Of a DNA stretch of 64,000 nucleotides, positions 40,404 through 49,350 are shown piece by piece. Position 1 is the first letter of the stretch; each line of letters starts with the position of its first letter. The position numbers were made by a program, and so were the translations under genes. The notes beneath the pieces were generated by a model. The model was not told the origin of the DNA and made no database searches. It saw nothing but the letters and a program-made list of their open reading frames with translations. This DNA comes from Pseudomonadales bacterium (GTDB lineage: Bacteria; Patescibacteriota; Microgenomatia; UBA1400; PJMF01): the NCBI GenBank assembly GCA_020632255.1, contig JACKFX010000001.1:184216-248215 (forward strand). Direction: 5' to 3'.

Positions 40404-41818
40404 ACGCGTTCGAGTGCCTTATAAATATCACCTGCACCTAGGGTCAGCACGACGCTCCCATGGGGAAGCTCTTTTATTTTATTTGCTAGGCTTTGATAAT
40501 CAGGTAACACTGGAATTGTACCAGTAAATCCAGTGGCTGTAATCTCATCAGCCAGTAGTCGGCTTGAGATGCTCTCATCAACTGATTCACGAGCTGAGGC
40601 AAAGATATCAAGTAATATCAAGTTTGGAGCGAGTGATAGTGCTGCAGCAAAATCGCCGAGCAATGCTTTTGTTCTAGAGTATGTGTGTGGCTGAAAAGCT
40701 ACAAAAATTTCTTTATGTGGAAACCAGTTTCTAGTTGCGCGAATTACTGCTTCAATTTCGGATGGATGATGGGCATAGTCATCAAAAACCATCAAGTCGA
40801 GGTTGGTTTCTATGCGTTCAAATCGACGTTTTGTTGATGCAAACGAGCTGAGTGCTTCGACTGATTTTTCCAAATCTATACCGAGCGAGTCACACGCAGC
40901 TAGTGCGGCTACGGCATTTTCGACATTATACCGTCCAGGTACCTGTAAGGTGATTTTATAGCGAGTGTTGTTTGCAAGTAGTGTTGCCCTGGTGACACCA
41001 TTTTTTGAACCTTTTTCATCATAGTCATACAGGTAGTCACAATTGCCTACTGCTCCGAATGTTCGAACTTCACTTGCACTATATGTTGTAACTTCTGCAA
41101 CATCTTTTTCATTGAGAATCAATACTCCGCCAGGTTTGATTTGATTAAAAAAGTTGGCATAGGCTTTTTTTGTTTCTGCAAAATTTTTATATACGTCCGG
41201 GTGGTCATACTCGAGGTTTGTACAGATGGTACAGAAAGGTTTGAGATATGAAAACCGAGGCGTAGGTTGAGCTCCATGTGCAACTTCTTCGGGATTAGTT
41301 ACGTATTCATCAGCTTCAGCAACGAAGTATTCGCTGTCTTGTTCCCATACGCCAGTTCGAGTCAGGTTAACAATTTCTCCAACACCAACTGAATAACTTG
41401 GATGAAGATCTAGTTTTGATAAAATCCATGTAAGCATAGCAGATGTGGTAGATTTCCCGCCAACACCACACACAGCAATGCCCTTCTTTGTGTTATAGAT
41501 ATGGCCCAATGCTTCTGCTTGAGAGTAGGTTGGAATGCCTAACTTTGTAGCCTGTTGAACAAGAGGATTTTTGGCTCCCTTATGTGCTGCGGTGTACACT
41601 ACGCAATCAACATTTTTGGGAATGTGGTGTTCGAACCCAGGAAGACAGGTAATGTTGAGAGCATCTAACTGAGGCTGGGTGACAAACTCATCGACCACGT
41701 CACAACCTGATACTGTTTTACCAAGATCAACCAAAATTTGTGCTAAAGAGGTCATAGCCACCCCTTTGATTCCAACGAGGAAAAAGGATTGATAGACCGG
41801 AAAAGGTTGTTCTGTCAT
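40400..41818 (-). CDS. murC: UDP-N-acetylmuramate--L-alanine ligase MurC
   Basis: FFLVGIKGVAMTSLAQIL Rossmann N-domain, Mur ligase central P-loop (GVGGKSTTSAM), C-terminal domain. Confidence 0.85.
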   Translation of the reverse strand: MTEQPFPVYQSFFLVGIKGVAMTSLAQILVDLGKTVSGCDVVDEFVTQPQLDALNITCLPGFEHHIPKNVDCVVYTAAHKGAKNPLVQQATKLGIPTYSQAEALGHIYNTKKGIAVCGVGGKSTTSAMLTWILSKLDLHPSYSVGVGEIVNLTRTGVWEQDSEYFVAEADEYVTNPEEVAHGAQPTPRFSYLKPFCTICTNLEYDHPDVYKNFAETKKAYANFFNQIKPGGVLILNEKDVAEVTTYSASEVRTFGAVGNCDYLYDYDEKGSKNGVTRATLLANNTRYKITLQVPGRYNVENAVAALAACDSLGIDLEKSVEALSSFASTKRRFERIETNLDLMVFDDYAHHPSEIEAVIRATRNWFPHKEIFVAFQPHTYSRTKALLGDFAAALSLAPNLILLDIFASARESVDESISSRLLADEITATGFTGTIPVLPDYQSLANKIKELPHGSVVLTLGAGDIYKALERV

Positions 41819-41823
41819 ATCTG

Positions 41824-42801
41824 TTATTCCATGATCTGTTTGAGCACCGCTGCCAGTTTCTTATAGTCGTGGCGAAGTAGTGATCTATATGCTCTATCAT
41901 GTTTCTTTTTGTGATGGACTTTGGTATTGATGAGTGGTGCGCGAAGAACTTTGTTGTTTTCTCCCATATCATCTTCAACAGGATATTCTTTCACCGAAGC
42001 ATATAACTGCAGTGCATCTGCAGGAATTTCATCACTATTAATGACAATGTGGGTAACATCTGTACCGAGTGCGGCCTCAATCTTTTTTAGATGATCCGAG
42101 GTTGTCATACCGTTCGTTTGGGTAAACCGAGTCATCAAATTGGCAATGTAGACTTTTTTGGCTGTAGAATTTCTGAACAGATCTGGGATCTCAGGTAGAA
42201 CCAGGGTAGCCATGATGCTGGCATAAAAATCACCAGGTCCGATAATGATAATATCTGCCTCCGTAAGTGCTTGTACAGCTTTTGGATTGAGTGAACACTG
42301 TGGTGTAAGCGCAACGTGATCAATGGCAACGGGTTCTTCAGGATTTTCATCAAGGATATGTTCGCCAACAACAACATTTCCATTCGAGTAGTGAATTTCG
42401 AGATCAACAGTATTTTCGGTTACAGGGATGACGGTTCCTGTGAGGTTGAAAACTTTTTCTGCAATTTCGAGAGATTTGGTGGTACTGCCAGTCATGTCTT
42501 GAAGGGCTGTTAAGATCAGGTTTCCAAGGTTATGCCCCTTTAAGCCCGTACCCTTTTCAAATCGGTACAGCAGTATGTTTTGAATCCACTCTTGTCCATC
42601 GATGTCGGCGAGTGCTGCTAGAGATTGGCGCAAGTCCCCAACTGGCTGAAAGCCAAACTCATCACGAATACGACCAGTAGATCCACCAGAATCAGAAACA
42701 GCGATAATAGTTGTAATATCCCAGTTAAGATATTTTAAGGCAGAAACAACAGTAAACGTGCCAGTTCCTCCGCCCATGACAACGGCTTTAGGTTTGTTCA
42801 T
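41824..42801 (-). CDS. YvcK/CofD-like gluconeogenesis-factor family protein (UPF0052)
   Basis: MGGGTGTFTVVSALK...AVSDSGGSTGRIRDEFGFQPVGDLRQ is the hallmark YvcK motif. Confidence 0.75.
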   Translation of the reverse strand: MNKPKAVVMGGGTGTFTVVSALKYLNWDITTIIAVSDSGGSTGRIRDEFGFQPVGDLRQSLAALADIDGQEWIQNILLYRFEKGTGLKGHNLGNLILTALQDMTGSTTKSLEIAEKVFNLTGTVIPVTENTVDLEIHYSNGNVVVGEHILDENPEEPVAIDHVALTPQCSLNPKAVQALTEADIIIIGPGDFYASIMATLVLPEIPDLFRNSTAKKVYIANLMTRFTQTNGMTTSDHLKKIEAALGTDVTHIVINSDEIPADALQLYASVKEYPVEDDMGENNKVLRAPLINTKVHHKKKHDRAYRSLLRHDYKKLAAVLKQIME

Positions 42802-42802
42802 A

Positions 42803-44038
42803 TTATCGTAGGCTTTCTAAGGCTGCTTCTTGATCGCTCCATGGATACTCTGTTGTTCCGAAACACATACTTTTTTCATGTCCTTTTCCCAAAATAGCAA
42901 CAACATCACCAGTTTTTGCCAGCTCTTTGATTGCGTAGGCAATGGCTTTTCCTCTGTCAGGTATAGAAATGATTTTATCGTGTCCCTCTTGGAGATTTTC
43001 TTTCATTTGCCGGATGATACTCCAGACGTTTTCGGTACGAGGATCTTCAGCAGTAAAAATGACAATGTCTGCGAGTTCTACACCAATGGTCCCCATGATA
43101 GGTCGTTTACTTCGATCTCGAAGACCAGCAGCTCCGTAGACGGCAATCAAGCGGCCTTTCTTCTTATTTTTTTTCATATGATCGCGCAGCGCAGAAAGTG
43201 TTGCTTCGAGTCCTTGTGGTGTGTGGGCAAAGTCAACGACAACTTCAAATCGTTTGTTCGTTGGTACAAACTGCATTCTGCCTGCTATGCCAGGAAAATC
43301 TGTAATTCCTTCGCAGTAGTGGTTATCATTTACACCTGCTTCTTTTGCCATGACAAATGCCAAGCGGGCATTTTGTTGATTATATTTTTCTGGGAAGCGC
43401 TCTTTGATGGCTGTAGCAACTTTACCGGGGAGTTTCATATCTTCACTGTACTGCTTCACAGTTGTTTCAATTGAAAGGTATTTTTTGACGCGGTGAAAAG
43501 ACACGTCATCGGCATTGATTACTACAACCTCACCTTTACGCAGGAGTTCTGCTTTTGCAGCTAGGTACTCTTCATAGGTCACATGATAATCAAGGTGCTC
43601 GGCTGAAATGTTGGTGAGACCAACGATTGTTGGGGTTACTCCCCAAGTTCGATATTGATACATACCATGTGAAGTTACTTCTAACACCAAATGAGTGTAG
43701 CCTTTTTTGACCATCATGTGCATAAATCGTTGTAAGTCTTGAGGTTGTGGTGAGGTGACATGGAAGCCTGTATCAATTTCTTCATCCCCAAGATAGGCAG
43801 CGACAGTGGTGAGCAGTGCAACTTTGTACCCCTGAGCTTTCAAAACGTGATACAAAATGGTGGAAGAAGTTGTTTTTCCGTCGGTACCGGTAATGGTAAA
43901 GATAGTTAGTTTTCTAGCTGGGAAACCATACTTAATTTGTCCAGGTAACCCTTTAAGGAGTCCTGTCTTAAGAAAGTGATATGGACGTTTGATTTTGTAC
44001 AGTGCTAAAGGTATGACTGTGTTCATCATATGTTTCAT
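42803..44038 (-). CDS. murE: Mur ligase, MurE-like (short form lacking the usual N-terminal domain)
   Basis: ITGTDGKTTSS P-loop, LEVTSHGM, DFAHTPQGL and LGKGHE motifs matching MurE. Only 411 aa. Confidence 0.65.
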   Translation of the reverse strand: MKHMMNTVIPLALYKIKRPYHFLKTGLLKGLPGQIKYGFPARKLTIFTITGTDGKTTSSTILYHVLKAQGYKVALLTTVAAYLGDEEIDTGFHVTSPQPQDLQRFMHMMVKKGYTHLVLEVTSHGMYQYRTWGVTPTIVGLTNISAEHLDYHVTYEEYLAAKAELLRKGEVVVINADDVSFHRVKKYLSIETTVKQYSEDMKLPGKVATAIKERFPEKYNQQNARLAFVMAKEAGVNDNHYCEGITDFPGIAGRMQFVPTNKRFEVVVDFAHTPQGLEATLSALRDHMKKNKKKGRLIAVYGAAGLRDRSKRPIMGTIGVELADIVIFTAEDPRTENVWSIIRQMKENLQEGHDKIISIPDRGKAIAYAIKELAKTGDVVAILGKGHEKSMCFGTTEYPWSDQEAALESLR

Positions 44039-44080
44039 TATATAGTTTTTACCTTACATCGCCAGAGCTGATTGTGTTTG

Positions 44081-45922
44081 TTATGGTACTATCGCTTCTG
44101 TTTCCGATGTTTCATTTTCATCTTCCGCGTTTCGACTTTCATAGAGATTAGGTGGTACATCAAGCATTAGCAGAAGATCATCAGCTATGCTGTACCACAA
44201 GGGGGCAGCAGTTTCAGCAGCCCATGGAGAGGATTTTGGTTCAACTAATTTTACCAGCATAATAAAAGCTGGCTCGTGTGCAGGTGCAAACCCAATGAAA
44301 CTGGCGATGGTTTTGTCTTCTTCATATCCACCGTCTGGAGAAGGTATCTGGGAGGTTCCTGTTTTTGCTGCGACGCTGTAGGCATCCCGAGCTGTCCATT
44401 GAGCTTCACCACTATGGGCTGAGGTAATCATCATGTCTACCACCTGTCGTGCGGCATCTTCTGAGACGACACGACCTTCAGATTTTGGTTCTACTAGTGT
44501 TTCCTGTCCAGATTCATCCTCAACTTTCTCAATGATGTAGGGGCGCATCATCTCACCCTTATTTGCGATTGAGCCAATAGCACGAATGAGTTGCATGCTA
44601 GTGGTGCTAATTCCTTGGCCAAATGAGATAGTAGCTAACTCGACAGGGCCGAATTTAGCAGGAAATGGTGTCTTAGTATCTTCGTGTACATCCATATGAA
44701 GTTCTTCACCAATCTTGAATTTTCGCAGGTAGTCCTCGAACGTATCTGCCCCAAGTAATTCGGAAATGAAAATCATAGCAGTGTTATCTGATTTGGCGAG
44801 TACATCTTCTATGGTGATGTTGGGGTTATAGACATCGTTCCAGGTACGAATAGTGTATTTTCCAAAGACTCTGGGTTTATCACAAACGGGACATATGGTT
44901 TCTGCAGTAATTTTGCCTGCATCAACACCAGCAGCTACAGTTAAGACTTTAAGTGTCGAACCAGGTTCATAGGTTGATACAACACTTGGGTTTTTGTATA
45001 GCTCAGCTGGGTAATCTGAAAAGTGTTTAGGATCATAGGCTGGCAATGTAGCCATACCCAGAATTTTGCCGGTATGTGGATCCATAACAATAATTTCGCC
45101 AGATTTTGCGCCATACTTTTTTAGAGCGTTTTCAAGGGAAGTATAAAGTAAGTACTGTACATCTCTGCGAATTGTTGTTGTCACCGAGCGACCATTAATT
45201 ACTCCAGTCTCGCTGTCATTGCTTCCGAACAACTTTCGACCTAAAGCATCAGTAATGACAGTGGATAATGACTTGCGCGCAGAAAGTTCTTTATTCAGTG
45301 CCCCCTCAATTCCAAAATACCCCGTGTCTTCACCATCTTCATTTTTGCCCACAAACCCGGTGACTGTTGCAGCTATAGATGCCTCAGGGTACCAGCGCTG
45401 TTCGTACTCATCAAAGCCGATTGCAAAAAGCTCGAGTTTTTCAATGGTATCTTTGGTTTCTTGGCTGACAGGCTGAAACAGTGAGATCCAGTTGCGATCT
45501 TTTTGACTGAGTTTCTCTGCCAGATGAGTTTTGAGGGCATCGGTTTGTTCGGAAAGCTCAGCCGCAGTACTAGCAGTTAGCTCAGGTTGTAAGAGTGATG
45601 CTAGTGTTGTAGCCAGTTCTTCAGGAGGAGTGGTAATGATTTTGGGTTGAGCGAAAAGGCGGTAGACGGTTTCGTTCGCAACAAGCGGGAAGTTGTCGGC
45701 AGAAAAAATTAATCCTCTGCTGCCAACCACGGAGGTAGATCGTGAGTATTGATTGTCTGCAGCAGCCTGGAGCTTTGGTGCTTCAAGTACCTGCCAGTAA
45801 AAAAGACGAACTACTACTGCCAAAAAGCCGAGAGACATGCAGATAAATACTATGCGAGCGCGAAATGCTTGAGTAGTTGGTTGGTGTTCTTTGACCATAC
45901 GTTTCTTAGGCAGTTGTATCAC
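44081..45922 (-). CDS. ftsI: penicillin-binding protein 2/3 (FtsI-type transpeptidase)
   Basis: N-terminal TM, dimerisation domain, transpeptidase motifs STLK (EPGSTLKV), SDN (AKSDN), KTG (AKTGTS). Confidence 0.85.
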   Translation of the reverse strand: MIQLPKKRMVKEHQPTTQAFRARIVFICMSLGFLAVVVRLFYWQVLEAPKLQAAADNQYSRSTSVVGSRGLIFSADNFPLVANETVYRLFAQPKIITTPPEELATTLASLLQPELTASTAAELSEQTDALKTHLAEKLSQKDRNWISLFQPVSQETKDTIEKLELFAIGFDEYEQRWYPEASIAATVTGFVGKNEDGEDTGYFGIEGALNKELSARKSLSTVITDALGRKLFGSNDSETGVINGRSVTTTIRRDVQYLLYTSLENALKKYGAKSGEIIVMDPHTGKILGMATLPAYDPKHFSDYPAELYKNPSVVSTYEPGSTLKVLTVAAGVDAGKITAETICPVCDKPRVFGKYTIRTWNDVYNPNITIEDVLAKSDNTAMIFISELLGADTFEDYLRKFKIGEELHMDVHEDTKTPFPAKFGPVELATISFGQGISTTSMQLIRAIGSIANKGEMMRPYIIEKVEDESGQETLVEPKSEGRVVSEDAARQVVDMMITSAHSGEAQWTARDAYSVAAKTGTSQIPSPDGGYEEDKTIASFIGFAPAHEPAFIMLVKLVEPKSSPWAAETAAPLWYSIADDLLLMLDVPPNLYESRNAEDENETSETEAIVP

Positions 45923-45964
45923 ACCCTACGTGCCCGGTGAAGCAGTGAGCTCAAAACGTGATAG

Positions 45965-46255
45965 TTACAGTGCTGTGTACGCAACTGCAGAGCTGGCAGA
46001 AATGACGAGTGGATGTGCAATTGGTTGGTAGCCATCAAGTGAGTATGATGAAGTGACCGAAACAAGTGCATTTTCTCGAGCAATGGTGCTGGCAAGTTGA
46101 TTTTTTTCTTGGCGGAGTTCCTGAATTTGAGATTCAACTTGGGCAACCTTTTTGCCGTGGTTTACAACTAAGCTTCCCTGAACGATGGTTATCACAGCCT
46201 GGAGTGCCACGAGTGTGACGAGCGCTGCGTAATAGATGGTTACCTTCTTGTTCAT
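45965..46255 (-). CDS. ftsL: FtsL-like small bitopic division protein
   Basis: 96 aa, one TM (IYYAALVTLVALQAVITIV) then a coiled coil, between rsmH and ftsI. Confidence 0.5.
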   Translation of the reverse strand: MNKKVTIYYAALVTLVALQAVITIVQGSLVVNHGKKVAQVESQIQELRQEKNQLASTIARENALVSVTSSYSLDGYQPIAHPLVISASSAVAYTAL

Positions 46256-47148
46256 TATAGCTTTCTAAGTGCTCGGAGTTTGGCACTGCGCGACCGGTAA
46301 TTTTCGGTTATTTCTTTTTCAGTTGGTTGTAGTGGTTTTGGTGTTAAGACTTCAGCAAGTTTGTTTTTTTCGAATGCTTTGAACTGTTGTTTAACAAGTC
46401 TATCTTCCCCATCGTGGAAAGATATGCAGACGAGTGTTCCTGCTGGATTTAAAACACTGAATGCACTGGGAAGTGCATCGCTAATCTCATCGAGTTCGCT
46501 ATTTACGGCTATGCGCAACGCTTGAAATACTTTCGTTGCGGGGTTAATTCCAGGACGTGTATGTCGTTTAACTTTGGCAACAATGTCAGCAAGTTGTTTG
46601 GTTGTAGAAACAGGAGTCTTAGCTTGTTTGACGGCTTTAGCGATTGCTTTTGATTCTTCTTCTCCACCAAAATCTTTAAAGAGATCTGCTAATTGGTTTT
46701 CTGGAATAAGTGCCAAAATGTCTTTTGCCATGACTCCAAGTCGAGTGTCCATGCGCATATCAAGTTCGCCATCTCCTTCAAAACTAAAACCTCTGTTTGC
46801 AGAAGTGAGTTGTTCTGTGCTGGTTCCGAAATCAAAAAGTGCCCCCGATATTTCGAGGTCTTTTTCTGTCTCAATCCGTAGCGCTCGAACAGACTGTTCA
46901 ATTTTGCTGAAACTTTCGTGGACGAGGATAAGCCGACCATCGATTATTTCGTGAGCAAACGTTTCCCTGCCATAGGCGATAGCCTCATGGTCCCAGTCGA
47001 AGGCAATGACATTGCCACCAGCTTTTAGGATTGCTTTAGTGTGCCCACCTCGGCCAAAGGTTCCGTCGATATACCAGCTTCCTGATTGGACATTCAGGAA
47101 TTCGATGGCTTCGTGGAGTAATACTGAAATATGCATATTAGTTTTCAA
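46255..47148 (-). CDS. rsmH: 16S rRNA (cytosine1402-N4)-methyltransferase RsmH (MraW)
   Basis: HISVLLHEAIEFL...YIDGTFGRGGHTKAIL, canonical MraW N-terminus. Confidence 0.88.
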   Translation of the reverse strand: MKTNMHISVLLHEAIEFLNVQSGSWYIDGTFGRGGHTKAILKAGGNVIAFDWDHEAIAYGRETFAHEIIDGRLILVHESFSKIEQSVRALRIETEKDLEISGALFDFGTSTEQLTSANRGFSFEGDGELDMRMDTRLGVMAKDILALIPENQLADLFKDFGGEEESKAIAKAVKQAKTPVSTTKQLADIVAKVKRHTRPGINPATKVFQALRIAVNSELDEISDALPSAFSVLNPAGTLVCISFHDGEDRLVKQQFKAFEKNKLAEVLTPKPLQPTEKEITENYRSRSAKLRALRKL

Positions 47149-47596
47149 TTTCTTCGGCTATTTGAGATGCACGTGATTCAATTTCATCTAGGTAGGTGTG
47201 GTAGGTATTGCGATCCCACATTTCTATGTACGAATAACTTCCTACTACCACAACATCTTTTTGAATCTTGGCAAAATCAGTCAAGTACTCGGGCAGTTGT
47301 ACTCGACCATTTCCATCCGGAGTCACTTCTTGCGCTTCATTTGTCATTAAACGAATAAAGTCACGATGAGTTTTTTTTGTAAACGAGCGGGCTTCTAGTT
47401 TCTCGAGTTCTGCAGTGAATTTTTCTGCTTCAAAGAGGAATAATCCTCCATCAAGACCTCGAGTTATGATCCAGGCTGATGCTTTCGATCGAAAAGCCTT
47501 TGGTAGTGATACTCTGCCTTTGTCTTCAACTCTGTGATAATATTTACCTATATACATTTTCTTATCAGACAGTTTACCACTTTTTACCACTATCAA
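47138..47596 (-). CDS. mraZ: transcriptional regulator MraZ
   Basis: MYIGKYYHRVEDKGRVSLPKAFR, duplicated MraZ/SpoVT-AbrB domains, first gene of the dcw cluster. Confidence 0.85.
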   Translation of the reverse strand: MIVVKSGKLSDKKMYIGKYYHRVEDKGRVSLPKAFRSKASAWIITRGLDGGLFLFEAEKFTAELEKLEARSFTKKTHRDFIRLMTNEAQEVTPDGNGRVQLPEYLTDFAKIQKDVVVVGSYSYIEMWDRNTYHTYLDEIESRASQIAEEIEN

Positions 47597-47686
47597 GAAT
47601 AAGTATGCTACACCCCAAGCATTTTGTAAACACTAAGATGACCCGAAAACATAGGCCAAATAGCTAATATGATATAATAAATAGCT

Positions 47687-48697
47687 ATGAGACGTTTGGA
47701 GCAAATATCACAGCAGTCGTCGTCTGAGCGTTTTCAATTGGGAAACGCAGAAATTTTTATTGGACCTTCATTTACTTGTGGAACTTCGCACATAAATATT
47801 GAAGAATCTGGACTTTCTACTTTATTAGATAAAAACAGTTTTTCACTCTCACCAGTGATGCATAAGTTTATCCAGAATGAAGGTGAACCACTTGTAAACT
47901 ATCTGGGAGCTATTATATTGTTTTTTACTAGGATTGAAAGAAAATATGTTCAAAAATCAGAAACTTGTGGTAGGTGTGATGTATTTGGCGTACCAAGAAT
48001 TTGTATTTGCAGTAAAGATACCTTTTATAGGATTCGTGGAAATCCACCTCCACCAGAATGGGCGGGAATATATGTCTGGTTTGATGGAACAGTAGTATGT
48101 CAAGCCGATTACTTAGTCGCCGCACTGTCAGGCACTGAGTTTGTTGGAAAACAAGTAGATGGGAGATCATTTATTCGTGAAATAGGACATGAACTACGAC
48201 ATTCGTATCAAGACATACTTTTCTATTATGAAAATGAAAGTTTATGCAAACATGCACAGAAATATGATTTATGGTTCTTTGAAGGTTTAGTTGAAGCAAT
48301 GGATACCACAAGTGTAGGTATGTCATTTAGTACTTTTTCGGAGCGATTTAGACCATTTTTACTAAAACATCCAAATTTTTCGTTTATGGATATTAGATCT
48401 TCGTTTTGGAATTACGATACCTCTCCGGTAATTGATAACCTGATGTATCAGTATTCTCGATTTTTTGTACAGTATTTGCTTCCTTTTTTTGATAGAGCTC
48501 TGCTTTCAACGTTGCGGGGTCATCATATTTCAGCGGAGTTCTCAAGCATATATATCATGATTGAACAATTCTCTGATGCTTATTCTGATGGTTATCGGGG
48601 GACATTCTTGGAGTTCATATCCGAAAAAATTGGGTTAACTGTTGAATTACTTCAGCAAATAGAGGCAGATTTTCAGAAGAGTATACTTGCCTGCTAA
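47687..48697 (+). CDS. hypothetical protein with HEXXH zinc-metallopeptidase-like motif
   Basis: 336 aa, GHELRHSYQD (HEXXH) in the middle of the protein. Otherwise unrecognised. Confidence 0.4.
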   Translation: MRRLEQISQQSSSERFQLGNAEIFIGPSFTCGTSHINIEESGLSTLLDKNSFSLSPVMHKFIQNEGEPLVNYLGAIILFFTRIERKYVQKSETCGRCDVFGVPRICICSKDTFYRIRGNPPPPEWAGIYVWFDGTVVCQADYLVAALSGTEFVGKQVDGRSFIREIGHELRHSYQDILFYYENESLCKHAQKYDLWFFEGLVEAMDTTSVGMSFSTFSERFRPFLLKHPNFSFMDIRSSFWNYDTSPVIDNLMYQYSRFFVQYLLPFFDRALLSTLRGHHISAEFSSIYIMIEQFSDAYSDGYRGTFLEFISEKIGLTVELLQQIEADFQKSILAC

Positions 48698-48840
48698 CAG
48701 TGATTCATAGCATTTCATAAAAAATATGGTTATCTGGTGTATGCTCATAGATTGTGAATGTGGTCTATCATAAAAAGCTCTTCAGGCAGGAAGAGCTTTT
48801 TTAAATGTATTATGTATTTTGATTAATTGGATACAACCAC

Positions 48841-48935
48841 ATATGCGTCCATCAACTCAACAGTTGTGCTGGTAGTTTTGCCATCCATTGCGGTCTCGAA
48901 GCTTGTCCACTCGGTTCCATTCCAGCCTGCAATGA
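48841..48935 (-). pseudogene. orphan duplicate of the 3' (C-terminal) ~95 nt of the 264-aa gene at 54511-55305
   Basis: Near-identical, same orientation as 54519-54613 (ccatcaactcaacagttg(t/c)gctggtagttttgccatcca(t/c)tgcggtctcgaagcttgtccactcggttccattccagcc), then diverges. No ORF context. Confidence 0.65.
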
Positions 48936-48960
48936 AGATTGTTCTTCACGAATGGTGGCT

Positions 48961-49005
48961 GCCAAGGAAACACCGTAGCTAGCGTAGCGTACTGCGGGGA
49001 GGACG
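48961..49005. repeat. ~45-bp repeat 'R', copy 2
   Basis: ggaaacaCCGTAGcTAGCGTAGCGTACTGCGGgGAGGACGTCgTTAA, matching 17368-17412 at the right end of IS200-like element 2. Confidence 0.7.
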
Positions 49006-49052
49006 TCGTTAAGTACTTGAAAATCTTCTTTAATTAAATGAAATAAGGATAT

Positions 49053-49343
49053 TTATAAGGATAATTGCTTTTCTATATCAAGAATTTCATTTTTTGAGAA
49101 AAGACTAAGTAGCATAGAAATATATGAGTTTCTTTCTTTCAAATCAAGAATTTCTTCCCAAGGATTAAATTTGAGATGAAGTTCTAGTGGATGTGGTTCG
49201 TTTATTACTCTTTTAGTAGTGTCAATTTTTATGGCTGTAACTTTGGCTTGTTCCTCAGTACCGAGTTTGGGAACGTCATGTTTATTGATAACTAAAACTT
49301 GATCGGCTAACTTTGCAATTGGGTATATTTCAGCTTGGGTCAT
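49053..49343 (-). CDS. small (~96 aa) partner protein of the giant repeat protein; candidate immunity/antidote-type protein (inference)
   Basis: Start set at the ATG at 49343 (MTQAEIYPIAKLAD...), not the TTG used by the track. AGGAGA Shine-Dalgarno overlaps the giant gene's TAG stop. 60-70% identical paralog at 54062-54355. Confidence 0.6.
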   Translation of the reverse strand: MTQAEIYPIAKLADQVLVINKHDVPKLGTEEQAKVTAIKIDTTKRVINEPHPLELHLKFNPWEEILDLKERNSYISMLLSLFSKNEILDIEKQLSL

Positions 49344-49350
49344 TATTCTC

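Noticed and set aside
42830-43474. 214-aa plus-strand ORF
   Set aside because: Lies entirely antisense within murE. Low-complexity composition and no start context. Typical antisense shadow ORF.
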